A stretch of 34,686 nucleotides of DNA, taken from assembly GCA_049472315.1 (NCBI GenBank), contig JBLIRN010000032.1, positions 1-34,686 on the forward strand. Reading direction: 5' to 3'. A program made the position numbers and the translations under genes. The stretch comes from a bacterium (GTDB lineage: Bacteria; SZUA-182; DTGQ01; JAFGSM01). The notes beneath the pieces were generated by a model, which searched no databases, was not told where the DNA came from, and worked only from the letters and a program-made list of their open reading frames with translations. Below are positions 18,298-27,688 of this stretch, one piece after another (position 1 is the first letter of the stretch; the number at the start of each line of letters is the position of its first letter).

Positions 18298-18351
18298 TTC
18301 TATGAACACTCACCTGCGGTGGAATGCCCATTTGGCACTAAGAGCTATCAC

Positions 18352-18367
18352 AGCATTAATCGTGCCA
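18352..18367 (-). promoter_or_regulatory. Sigma-54 (-24/-12) promoter
   Basis: Minus strand TGGCACGATTAATGCT with exact GG-N10-GC spacing, pointing at the 17915 gene. Confidence 0.75.
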
Positions 18368-18418
18368 TTTTAAACATCCAGTATTTATAAGGGAATAGCG
18401 AGAGAGCACATACAAGGG

Positions 18419-18467
18419 TGTCTCACTATGGGATAGACACCGGACGTAATAGTCCCGGAATGGGACA
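18419..18467. promoter_or_regulatory. Two palindromic activator-like (UAS) sites
   Basis: TGTCTCACTATGGGATA (18419-18435) and AGTCCCGGAATGGGACA (18451-18467), 32 bp apart; consensus TGTCCCA-N3-TGGGACA. Confidence 0.6.
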
Positions 18468-18734
18468 ATGCCTTTAATGCCGTGTCAGACAAAGAAAAAC
18501 ACCCGGGAAATGGCATCCTCAATGCCTCTTTCTGGGAGTGTATTCATCGAAACAGCCCGCGCAGCAAACTGCAAGAGGCAATCAGACCACAACGGCCTCC
18601 TGCTTCTCCAAGGTGGAGGACACACCCCACCCCCTGCAGCGCCCCATGCAAGGGGAGGTGATCGGACCACAAATATCGCTGGAAGGTTATGTGCCACTGT
18701 TCTCTATGCTAAAAAAATCAAAGGGATAAAAAAA

Positions 18735-18751
18735 TATCCCATATTGGGACG
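18735..18751. promoter_or_regulatory. Third palindromic activator-like (UAS) site
   Basis: TATCCCATATTGGGACG, same consensus, centred about 105 bp upstream of the predicted plus-strand sigma-54 start. Confidence 0.6.
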
Positions 18752-18823
18752 GCGCCAGCGATCCTTACCCTCTGCATCCGCCTTCTTCCCTTATGGTTAT
18801 TGGGATTGATGAGGGCCGAGGAT

Positions 18824-18839
18824 TGGCACAATAAATGCC
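18824..18839 (+). promoter_or_regulatory. Sigma-54 (-24/-12) promoter
   Basis: TGGCACAATAAATGCC with exact GG-N10-GC spacing, pointing at the 19354 and 20010 genes. Confidence 0.7.
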
Positions 18840-19353
18840 TATATAAATAGTAAGTCAGTTATGGTTACAGATAGGGCACGGAATAAACATCCAGAAAAAA
18901 CTCCCAAACAGAGACCACCAGGCGGTCACGATGAGTCACCCTGGTCAGTAAACGAACTCCCCCTGATTGCCGGAATGTTCCGTTGACCACTACCCTCCAT
19001 GTATCGTCAAACCGACGTAGCCTGTAATCCGAGACTGATCGACATAATTCACCACTGCGATGACGGGGCTCACCCCGGGCACAGCACTATCCCTTTATGC
19101 CACGAGCAGCTCCGGCGAGAAGGCGAGCACTTCGTGACCCGGATTTTCACGGTGAGCTCCACATTAGGTGACAGGACCGTTCGTACAAATTAGACGGCGG
19201 GTATCGTCTTTGGTGTCGCTATCCAACGCGGCTGGCCGGAACGGATTAGCCTCTGCGGCCTCCGGAGGTGTTTCGTCGCCGTAGACATGCATAGGTGAGG
19301 GAGGCACGAGGATCTCACCATAACATACCGAAACAAGAGTGAGGATAAAGAGT

Positions 19354-19863
19354 ATGGTTAGAGAAAAGAATATGTATCGACGAATGGCGTATGCGCTGAT
19401 CATCCTTTCCGTTCTCGTGATAGTCATGGCCCCTATCTGTTACGCCCAGCATCCCGTTGCCCTCTTCGGAGGCTCGCTGTACTACCCGTATGGGTTATAC
19501 CAGCCACCTCTTACCGTATTAGGGGCGAACGGAGGGTGGGCAGGGGGGAGCATTCCCTCTCTGACGAGTGGGGGCTTCGGATATGGTTCCTGGAATATGG
19601 GCCGCATGGGAATGGTAAGCAACCCTGGCGCGACCCTCTCTTATATGAGGGCAGGGACATCCGCACCGCTCTTTTACCCCTTGGGCGGGATGGACATCAT
19701 GACAGGGCTCAGCGCCTTTGGAGGATTTACCCCAGTCACGAAGCTCAATGTGGCAGGTCCGGATGTTTCAAGCGGATACGGCTGCCTGGCCGGACTTGCC
19801 GGATTAGGAAGCAGCGCAGGTCTGGTTGTTATCAACGCGACCGGCCTCACCGCCCTCCCTTAG
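19354..19863 (+). CDS. Secreted Gly-rich low-complexity protein of unknown function
   Basis: GAGGA RBS and the same AGAGT-ATG-GTT start context as the 17915 gene; signal peptide ending APICYA|Q; mature part rich in G/L/S/A with few charged residues. Confidence 0.75.
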   Translation: MVREKNMYRRMAYALIILSVLVIVMAPICYAQHPVALFGGSLYYPYGLYQPPLTVLGANGGWAGGSIPSLTSGGFGYGSWNMGRMGMVSNPGATLSYMRAGTSAPLFYPLGGMDIMTGLSAFGGFTPVTKLNVAGPDVSSGYGCLAGLAGLGSSAGLVVINATGLTALP

Positions 19864-20009
19864 CCTGTAAAAAGGGCAACGGTGTGGCGGGCGATTGCAA
19901 CCCTCACCAAGGCGTAAGCATAATTTGTAAGGGAGGTCAACGGCGGAATGATCCTCGGTGCTTGGTATCCCTTATCGATGCACTTTGATGGAAGGAAAAA
20001 GGCGCTATT

Positions 20010-23000
20010 ATGGGTAGGTTCAAGACGTATGGAACGATGCTCCTCATTATTCTTGGCTGTCTCACGATATTCTGTGTTCCCGTGGCGTGTGCGCAATATG
20101 GCACCCCCACGATCCCACAGGTACAAATTCCCCTTACCCTACGGGAGACATATGGACGTTCCCTGGTCTCCTTCAATGCGTGGGGCCAATTCATCACCAG
20201 CGCCTCTTACGCGAGCCTGATACCCACAGGAACGAATACCCTCCGTACCGAGCCTCCGCGCATGCCTTCCTTCAGCGCCGGCGGGATCTCATTCGGCAAC
20301 GGCCGTCTTTCTCTGCCGGGCGTCTTCAGCTATTACTCACCTTCCACGATCCATTCCAATAACGGTCTCTTTGGCGTGCAAACGGCAGGGAATAGTTCCT
20401 TTCAATGGATATCCGCGCTTCCATCTTCACTGTATGAATATCAAGTCCCCTGGTTCACCGACACACCTTCAGCGAACTCCGTTCCGAATATGGCGCACCT
20501 CACCTCCAACGGATACCCCACTTACAGCAGCCCTTTTTACGGGGCACAGCAATTTTACGGGATCTCATTCCAGGGATATCTCGGATTACTCCTTCCGCAG
20601 ATAACCCGGGTGAATCACCTCTCCCGGGGATTCGATTTTTTCCAGGAGGGACGGTATGCATCGGCTATAGAGGAATTGGAAAAGGCGGTCAAGCTCCCGT
20701 ATGAAAAGGTGGCAAAGGCCCAGGGCTATCTCCTGCTGGGCATCTCCTATCAGGAACTGGGGATCGACTATCTCGACCAGGCCGAACGGTATCTTAAGCT
20801 CGCCGCAGGACTTCAGGTCTACAATCCAAAGGTGGGTGTGATCCTGGCGAAGGTTTACTATCAGAAGGGAAGGTATATCGAGGCGATCGACGAATATGCC
20901 CGCGTCATCGAACAGGAGCCGGAAAACGGGGAGGCCATCAGAGGACTCGCCCTCTCCTATTTCAAGGCGAATGATCTCACCAGGGCGCTCAAGGAGCTGG
21001 AACGGGCGGAAACGATATTCCCCGATGACCTCGAAATCATCTACACCATGGCTGCCGTCTTTGAGAAGAAGCACCTGTTTGCAGAGGCACTGGAGTATTA
21101 TAACCGTATTCTGGATCAGGCACCGGAGAGCATCTGGGCCGCCCAGGCCACGGCGCACCTGAACGATATCGAGCTGTCGGGCGGCGCCTCCAGTATCGAG
21201 GACCTGAAAGAGGAGGAGATAAAGGTGCTGATCCTGACTGCACCGAATCCTGGGGATTTACCGGATAATGCCCTGGTGGTGCTCCTCGATGACATCGGCT
21301 ACCAGGTATTGCCCGATCACACTATCTCCCAGAGGATTCATAAGCTCGTAAAGATCCTGGATAACCGGGGGAAGGATGCAGGCGAGGTCAAGTTCTCCTA
21401 TGACTCCACGTACCAACATGTGCACACCGATCTGGCACGGGTGATACAACCCGATGGCACGGTTATCGGTGCCGGAGGGGCGGAGATCCAGGAGGTCACC
21501 CCCTGGTCCGATTTCCCCTTCTACAGCAATATCAAGGTCCTGATAATATCCCTGCCGGGGGTCACCGTGGGATCGGTGATCGAATACCAGGTGACCATTG
21601 AAGACATTCCCGCATCCAGGCAATTTACCCCCCGGGAAATCGATGCGGGCTTTACCCTTGCCTCCACGAATCCCGTGCAGAATGCGTGGATCAATGTCTC
21701 GGTGCCTGCAGATCGGGAATTCACCGCCACGATCGTCAACCGGGAATCCATAGAGCCGGAGGTCGTGGAGAACGGGGAGATGAGGGAGTATACCTGGAGG
21801 CTGAACGATATCCCCGGGATGATTGTCGAGCCGATGATGCCCCCCATCCTCGATATCTCTCCCATCCTGTACATCACCTCCTTCCCCTCGTGGGAGGTCA
21901 TCGCCGACTGGTGGCGCGCGCTCGAATTCGAGGCAATCATCCCCAATGACGCGATCAAGGACGCGATAACCCAATTGACGCAGGGGCTGAGTACCCAGGA
22001 GGAAAAGGCGCGGGCCCTCTTCTACTATGTGGCCTCACATATCCGGTATGTCGGCCTCGAATACGGAAAGGGTGACGTACGGCCGCAGTCGGCTGCGGAG
22101 GTCTTTGAACATAAATACGGGGACTGCAAGAATAAGAGTATCCTGCTCATCACCATGCTCAGGGAGGAAGGGATCGAGGCGTACCCGGTGCTCCTGAGCA
22201 CCGTGAAAAGCGGACGGGCCTGGGAGGAGATCCCCCGGATCGATGCCTTTGATCACGTCATTGTCCTGTGCATCATCGACGGGGCGTGGATATGGATGGA
22301 CTCGACGGTGGAAGCGAGCTCGTTCGGCGATATCCCCGGTGCGGATCAGGACCGCGAGGCGCTCGTCATATTCGACGATGGATACGAATTCCTGAGAATC
22401 CCGGTGCCCGACCCGGGAAAAAATATGGATCACGAGGTCATGGATATCCAGGTCGATGGGGAGTCAACCGCCACGGTCCACACAACCATAACATCAACCG
22501 GGATCAATGCCATTTACAGTCGGTCATATTTCTCCTCGCTGGACACGGTTTACCGAAGACAGCACATCGAGTCAATCATTGCGGGGAGGTCCACCGGCGG
22601 AAGTCTGATAGACTTTACCATCGAGAATCTGTACGATCCGGACGCCCTTTACACGCTCGATTTCCAATACACCGCTCCGGACTTCATCGAATGGGCGGGG
22701 GATATCGGATTCATGACCATCTCGTACCTTTCGGCCAACAAAACCGCAATAGCCTTGGAGGAACGGACATACCCCGTCTTCCAGGGGAATACCTCCGTGG
22801 GGGAGAGTATTGTGCATGTCACCATACCATCAGACCTCGAGGTACGGTATCTTCCTCCCACGGTTACCCTGGAGATCCCGCAGATCCTCTTCATTTCGGA
22901 TTACACCGTGCAGGATAACACCATTGTCAATTACCTGCTCTATGAAATAAGGGCCCTCTCGGTGCCGCCCGAAGACTATGCGGCATACAAGGAATTCCAG

Positions 23001-23057
23001 GAGAAGGTGGACAGGGAGCTGAAACGCAAGATAATCCTCGAGAAGAACGGGCAGTAA
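20010..23057 (+). CDS. Secreted TPR + DUF3857 + transglutaminase-like (+DUF3858-like) protein
   Basis: Signal peptide ending VACA|Q; about 170 aa S/G/F/Y-rich region; TPR helices; LPGVTVGSVIEY (DUF3857); IRYVGLEYG, GDCKNKS, FDHVI and WMD giving a Cys-His-Asp triad. Confidence 0.88.
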   Translation: MGRFKTYGTMLLIILGCLTIFCVPVACAQYGTPTIPQVQIPLTLRETYGRSLVSFNAWGQFITSASYASLIPTGTNTLRTEPPRMPSFSAGGISFGNGRLSLPGVFSYYSPSTIHSNNGLFGVQTAGNSSFQWISALPSSLYEYQVPWFTDTPSANSVPNMAHLTSNGYPTYSSPFYGAQQFYGISFQGYLGLLLPQITRVNHLSRGFDFFQEGRYASAIEELEKAVKLPYEKVAKAQGYLLLGISYQELGIDYLDQAERYLKLAAGLQVYNPKVGVILAKVYYQKGRYIEAIDEYARVIEQEPENGEAIRGLALSYFKANDLTRALKELERAETIFPDDLEIIYTMAAVFEKKHLFAEALEYYNRILDQAPESIWAAQATAHLNDIELSGGASSIEDLKEEEIKVLILTAPNPGDLPDNALVVLLDDIGYQVLPDHTISQRIHKLVKILDNRGKDAGEVKFSYDSTYQHVHTDLARVIQPDGTVIGAGGAEIQEVTPWSDFPFYSNIKVLIISLPGVTVGSVIEYQVTIEDIPASRQFTPREIDAGFTLASTNPVQNAWINVSVPADREFTATIVNRESIEPEVVENGEMREYTWRLNDIPGMIVEPMMPPILDISPILYITSFPSWEVIADWWRALEFEAIIPNDAIKDAITQLTQGLSTQEEKARALFYYVASHIRYVGLEYGKGDVRPQSAAEVFEHKYGDCKNKSILLITMLREEGIEAYPVLLSTVKSGRAWEEIPRIDAFDHVIVLCIIDGAWIWMDSTVEASSFGDIPGADQDREALVIFDDGYEFLRIPVPDPGKNMDHEVMDIQVDGESTATVHTTITSTGINAIYSRSYFSSLDTVYRRQHIESIIAGRSTGGSLIDFTIENLYDPDALYTLDFQYTAPDFIEWAGDIGFMTISYLSANKTAIALEERTYPVFQGNTSVGESIVHVTIPSDLEVRYLPPTVTLEIPQILFISDYTVQDNTIVNYLLYEIRALSVPPEDYAAYKEFQEKVDRELKRKIILEKNGQ

Positions 23058-23168
23058 GTAAGGAACACCCCTGCTCGTGCCGTTGACCGCAGCGAAACAT
23101 GTCTGCGTTTACATGCGCAAGTTTCCTTGGGATTTAAGATGACGCCAAAGATATTTCGATTATTCATG

Positions 23169-23198
23169 TTGACATGATCTCCGGCCATCAATTATAGT
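23169..23198 (+). promoter_or_regulatory. Probable sigma-70 promoter of the HEPN/MNT pair
   Basis: TTGACA, 18-nt spacer, TATAGT, about 60 nt upstream of the HEPN start. Confidence 0.45.
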
Positions 23199-23260
23199 TC
23201 TATACAGATACGGGTAAGGTCCTTTATTTAAAATAATTATGAAGGCCACCGGAGCGTCGA

Positions 23261-23659
23261 ATGATCAAAGAAGCCAAGAGATGGTTGAGGCAGGCGGAAG
23301 CCGATCTTAAGGCGGCAAATGACAGTGCCAAGGATGGAAATTACGAATGGAGTTGCTTTCAAGCCCAGCAAGGCGCTGAAAAATCTCTCAAGGCATATCT
23401 CTACAGCCTTGGCTATACTTCATTCACCACGCATTCTATAAAATTGCTCGTTAAGGAATGCAGGAAGAAGGAGAAGGAATTTGCTCAATTGGAAGAAGCC
23501 GCAAGAATTCTTGACGCCTATTATATCCCTACGCGCTATCCCAATGGGCTCGATGAGGATATTGCCCCGGTCGACTATTACGATAAAGAGGACGCCGAGA
23601 GATGCCTAAGCTATGCAACATTGACATTGACCGTAGTCAAAAGGTTTATAAGGAATTAG
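23261..23659 (+). CDS. HEPN domain protein
   Basis: WLRQAEADL, CFQAQQGAEKSLKA, THSI, YIPTRYPN. Confidence 0.92.
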   Translation: MIKEAKRWLRQAEADLKAANDSAKDGNYEWSCFQAQQGAEKSLKAYLYSLGYTSFTTHSIKLLVKECRKKEKEFAQLEEAARILDAYYIPTRYPNGLDEDIAPVDYYDKEDAERCLSYATLTLTVVKRFIRN

Positions 23660-23931
23660 CAGGCTTCATTAAAAAATTGAGGCATAGATTTACCATTCAC
23701 GAAATCTACCTCTACGGATCATTTGCATCGGGAGACATTCATGAGGGAAGTGATATAGATTTGATAATCATTGGGGATTTCAAGGGGAAGATGTTTCAAC
23801 GGATTGAACAGATCATCTCTCTTACCGATCTTCCCATTGAACCCTTGGTGTACACCTTAGAGGAATTCAACCGGATGAAGCGGACAAGTTCATTCCTGAA
23901 AAAGGTGATCCGGGAAGGGAAGAGATTATAG
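23602..23931 (+). CDS. Minimal nucleotidyltransferase (MNT), partner of HEPN
   Basis: YLYGSFASGDIHEGSDIDLII (GS-X10-DXD) and YTLEEF; overlaps the HEPN 3' end. Confidence 0.9.
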   Translation: MPKLCNIDIDRSQKVYKELAGFIKKLRHRFTIHEIYLYGSFASGDIHEGSDIDLIIIGDFKGKMFQRIEQIISLTDLPIEPLVYTLEEFNRMKRTSSFLKKVIREGKRL

Positions 23932-23937
23932 ATCCGG
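23859..23937 (+). repeat. 79-bp direct repeat, copy 1 (MNT gene 3' end)
   Basis: Matches 34597-34675 with 6 mismatches by manual alignment. Confidence 0.9.
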
Positions 23938-24120
23938 ACTGATGCTGGAAACGATGTATGCTGTGATGCGTGAACAGGCCCTAACCTTATAAGAGTATGT
24001 CGAAGGGGCGTCATTCACCCATGATCTTCTCGATAAAATCGAGGGCGCTTCGGTCGGGCCGAGCTTCGGTTTAAACCGCATTGATCGAGTGATTACATAT
24101 CGTTTCAGGTCTTCCCTTTT

Positions 24121-27100
24121 TTAGTCAGACCTTAATTTATTCTGAACGATGACCAGGCTGCTTTTCGCCTCCGAAAAATCCGGGTTTAACTCCAGTGCCC
24201 GCTTCCATTCCTTCTCGGCCTTTTCCCATTGATTCTGCTTGAAATAGGCAATGCCCAGGTTGTAGTTTGTGATCGCAAGGTCCGGTCTCATCTTTTGGAC
24301 CCGACGATAGCTTTGGATCGCCTCCCTGTACTTTTCCTGCTTGAGATGGGTGTTAGCGATATTCATGCGCGCTGAAACAAGGTTTGGGTTGAGATCGATT
24401 GCGAGTTGGTACTGATTCACTGCTGTGTCGTATTTGCCCATACGTTCATAGACAATACCCAGATTATTGTGTGCTTCGGCGTACTGCACTTCTCCTGACA
24501 TGGATCTTTGAAATGCCTCTGCGGCCTGTTTCAGGTGGTTTGCCTTGAGGCTCATGGTCCCCAGATCAAGATGGGCCTTGGCATAAATCGCTTCTAAATC
24601 GAAGTGGTGAGATAACAATGCCCTGTCAGCCCTGATAAAGTTATCTATGGCTTCTATGCCTTTTTCATAGGCCTTGGCTGCCTCGTTCGAGCGCCCTGCG
24701 TCCTTAAAGCTCTCTCCGATCTGGTAGGTGAGCTTTGCAAGAAGATACGTCGCCTCATAATCCTTTGGGCTTATTGCCAGCGCATCTTCAAATCTCTTGA
24801 TGGTATACTGTATCGGCCCTTCTGAATAACAACTGATATATCCTGAAAGGACTTCCTTTCTGGCCTCGAACCTTTGGAGCAGGTCATTTTCAATCCACCT
24901 TGGGATTTCAACCCACCTCAAGGACCTCAGCATATCCACAGGCCTTGAACGATATCGATAGAGTTCCTCCAGAAGTCGTGTGGATCGGCCCTGGAGCAGG
25001 AATTTGGGTGCGGAATACTCTAACCGGGCATTATCATCCGTATGGAGCGGGGCTCCTTTGGTGTACTCAGCGACCGCCTTGTCAGTGATGACCAGTTTGT
25101 TCATGAACGCAGCCAGGTCCCTCATATTCATTATTCCCATATGCGGTTTCATGCGCTCGTCACCCAGGCGGTCTATGAGCATCTGATAATTGATATCCAA
25201 ATCGTGCAGGGAACCGATCAAAATGTAATCGCCGCCAAAGGAGGCCTCCCACACCGTAACATGTGGAAAAACGGCGTGAAAGGTCCGCACGACGGTCTTG
25301 AAATCAACAGAGGACATGGAATAGGCATGCACCCACTGGCACATCATCCCTCCCTTGCGCAGGTGTTGTTTTGCCAGGTAAAAGAACTCGCGCGTAAAGA
25401 GATTGGCCATCCCCGAGACCCAGGGATTGGAAGGCTCCGAGATGATCACGTCGTATTGTCTGCCGGTGAGGGAAAGATGATTGCGCCCGTCGGCAATCAT
25501 GAGGCGGACCCTGGGATCGTGGAGCGCGTTGCCGATGACATCCCGGAAATAATCGCTGGCTTCCACCACCGCAGGCTCTATTTCGACCACATCCACGCGT
25601 TTTATGGGGTGCATCGCCACAGCCCCCAGCGTCATCCCGCTTCCCAGCCCGATCACCAGGACATCTTCAGCCTCCTGATGAAGCAAGAGCGGCAGGTGCC
25701 CAACCATAAGTTGGGTCGCGGCGTCTGCCCTGGACGAGGCATCCGCCTTGCCGTTTATCTGCAACAATAGATTCCCGTCACAGGTCTTTTCCACAGAGAC
25801 AAGGGCGTGAAGGCCCTCCTTGAAGAAAAGGATCTCCCGCCCATCCTTCATTGCGGCTTCAAGCCCGGCCCCATTTTTGCCCGAAATATCTTGGTATCGG
25901 TCAGTGTAAAGGTAAGGACCGCTGGTGAGAATACGGGCATCCCAGGATGGGATCTGCTGCCATGCCAAAGCCACAATCAGGATGATCAGGAGTGATCCCG
26001 CGACCTGCTTCCGGAGCGAAATGGCCGGCGCATAAAGGAAGATGATGACGGCAGCGGCGATATTCATGCACACGGCGATGAGGATGCTGTTCTGCGCACC
26101 CAGCCACGGCATCAGGAAAAAACCGGTGATAAAAGACCCCATGACCGCGCCAAGGGTGTCCATGGCATACACGTTGCCGAAGAACATTCCAACGCGCCTG
26201 ACATCCGTCGTGCAAATCGTGGTGGCCATAGGGATCGCCATCCCCATCATGAATGTGGGGACCAGAAGGAGAGGGAAAATGAGGGCAAATTCAATCCAAT
26301 GCACATAGTGAAATGCATGGAAGGATTCGAATACCACATCCGCGGCAATTATGGGCAGCCTGCCAAGGATCGGGATGATCATAAGGGCGGATATCCCTAT
26401 GGCTCCCTCCACCAAAGCCAATCCCAGGATCAGGTCCTTTCTCCGGTCAATGAACCCGGCGATGACGAGACTTCCCAAAGCCAGGCCGCTGATGAAGGCC
26501 GTAAGTATCATGCTGAAGGCATAGACGGAGGAACCGATGGCAAGGGAGAGGACCCTGGACCATGCAATCTGATAAATCATGGCAGCGCCGCCTGAGAGTC
26601 CGATCCCTGTCATGACCGCCCAGGCAATGGCGCGCCTCCTTTCCGGAACGACCTCTTGCGCTGCTTCTTTTTTCTGCATCTTTTCCCGGACACGCTGTTT
26701 TCTTTCCAAAGGTTCGGCCTCAGGGCCTTTCTTGAAAAGAAGGAATATGGCGGCGGCAATCAGGATGTTCAGAAAAGCGGCCGTATAGATGGTCCGGCTC
26801 ATCCCCAGGAGCGGGATGAGTATGAATCCTGCCGTAAAGGAGCCCAGCACGGCCCCCAATGTGTTCACCCCGTAAAGGATGCCGATGTTCCGGCCACAAT
26901 CGTTCCGGGTCTCTACAAAGTATTTGCTCAGGACCGGAAGTGTGGCGCCCATCAATGTGGTGGGAACAAGAAGGATGGCCCCGCAGATGAAAAAGCGAAG
27001 CAGGCTTATCATATAAAAGGAGGTGCTGACATGCTGATAGATGAACCGGAAAAGGGGTTCCGTGCCTGTGACGAGACCGGAGAGGATGAGCACATACACG

Positions 27101-27459
27101 CCGATCCCCCCTTGCAGTATGCCGTAGGTTCGCAACGGCTCTTTCACCCTGCCGATGAACCTTCCGGCCAGAAAGCTCCCCAGGGCCAATCCGAGCATGA
27201 AGGCGCTGAGCACGGTGGTGATGGAAAAGACCGTATTCCCGATTACCAGGGTGAGCATCTTCATCCAGATGATTTCATAGATCAATCCGCAAGACCCGGA
27301 AAGAAGCAAAAAGGTGAGGATGAGCGGTCTGGTGCAGAGAAAACGCCAATCTTTCCTGCTTGTCATGGTTTGCATATTCTTGATCTTAACGATGCCATTT
27401 TTATTGAATAAAGGCTGGTTCTGAACCTCTGTCCGCTTTTTCCGGATGGATCCCCTCAT
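24121..27459 (-). CDS. Fused membrane (MFS-like)/spermidine-synthase-like protein with C-terminal TPRs
   Basis: SGSCGLIYEIIW and about 13 TM segments; VLVIGLGSGMT, VEIEP, DGRNHL, YDVIISEPSNPW, TDDNARLEY; TPRs (AHNNLG, YNLGIAY). The true start may be up to about 30 codons downstream. Confidence 0.9.
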   Translation of the reverse strand: MRGSIRKKRTEVQNQPLFNKNGIVKIKNMQTMTSRKDWRFLCTRPLILTFLLLSGSCGLIYEIIWMKMLTLVIGNTVFSITTVLSAFMLGLALGSFLAGRFIGRVKEPLRTYGILQGGIGVYVLILSGLVTGTEPLFRFIYQHVSTSFYMISLLRFFICGAILLVPTTLMGATLPVLSKYFVETRNDCGRNIGILYGVNTLGAVLGSFTAGFILIPLLGMSRTIYTAAFLNILIAAAIFLLFKKGPEAEPLERKQRVREKMQKKEAAQEVVPERRRAIAWAVMTGIGLSGGAAMIYQIAWSRVLSLAIGSSVYAFSMILTAFISGLALGSLVIAGFIDRRKDLILGLALVEGAIGISALMIIPILGRLPIIAADVVFESFHAFHYVHWIEFALIFPLLLVPTFMMGMAIPMATTICTTDVRRVGMFFGNVYAMDTLGAVMGSFITGFFLMPWLGAQNSILIAVCMNIAAAVIIFLYAPAISLRKQVAGSLLIILIVALAWQQIPSWDARILTSGPYLYTDRYQDISGKNGAGLEAAMKDGREILFFKEGLHALVSVEKTCDGNLLLQINGKADASSRADAATQLMVGHLPLLLHQEAEDVLVIGLGSGMTLGAVAMHPIKRVDVVEIEPAVVEASDYFRDVIGNALHDPRVRLMIADGRNHLSLTGRQYDVIISEPSNPWVSGMANLFTREFFYLAKQHLRKGGMMCQWVHAYSMSSVDFKTVVRTFHAVFPHVTVWEASFGGDYILIGSLHDLDINYQMLIDRLGDERMKPHMGIMNMRDLAAFMNKLVITDKAVAEYTKGAPLHTDDNARLEYSAPKFLLQGRSTRLLEELYRYRSRPVDMLRSLRWVEIPRWIENDLLQRFEARKEVLSGYISCYSEGPIQYTIKRFEDALAISPKDYEATYLLAKLTYQIGESFKDAGRSNEAAKAYEKGIEAIDNFIRADRALLSHHFDLEAIYAKAHLDLGTMSLKANHLKQAAEAFQRSMSGEVQYAEAHNNLGIVYERMGKYDTAVNQYQLAIDLNPNLVSARMNIANTHLKQEKYREAIQSYRRVQKMRPDLAITNYNLGIAYFKQNQWEKAEKEWKRALELNPDFSEAKSSLVIVQNKLRSD

Positions 27460-27535
27460 CTATTGAATATTATCGTCAAAAATGGGCATTGACATTATGT
27501 CAGGCCCGTTTGAAATCATGAATATATACTGCATA

Positions 27536-27685
27536 ACCGAACCTTGCAATCATAAACCACAACCTGGGCATTGCCTATTTCAAGCAGAATCAATGGGAAA
27601 TGGCCGAGAAGGAATGGAAACGGGCGCTGGAGTTAAGCCCGGATTTTTCGGAGGCGAGAAGCAACCCGGTTATCGTTCGGAATAA
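27536..27685 (+). pseudogene. Inverted 150-bp copy of the 3' end (last TPR) of the spermidine-synthase-like gene
   Basis: Reverse complement of 24137-24286 with 13 mismatches; translates PNLAIINHNLGIAYFKQNQWEMAEKEWKRALELSPDFSEA; no start codon in frame nearby. Confidence 0.9.
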
Positions 27686-27688
27686 GCG

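Noticed and set aside
18333..18346. Plus-strand TGGCAC as an additional sigma-54 promoter
   Set aside because: GG-to-GC spacing is 8 nt instead of the required 10.
24137..27685. Diversity-generating retroelement TR/VR pair
   Set aside because: Mismatches are not confined to adenines in either copy or strand, and no reverse transcriptase is present in the window.
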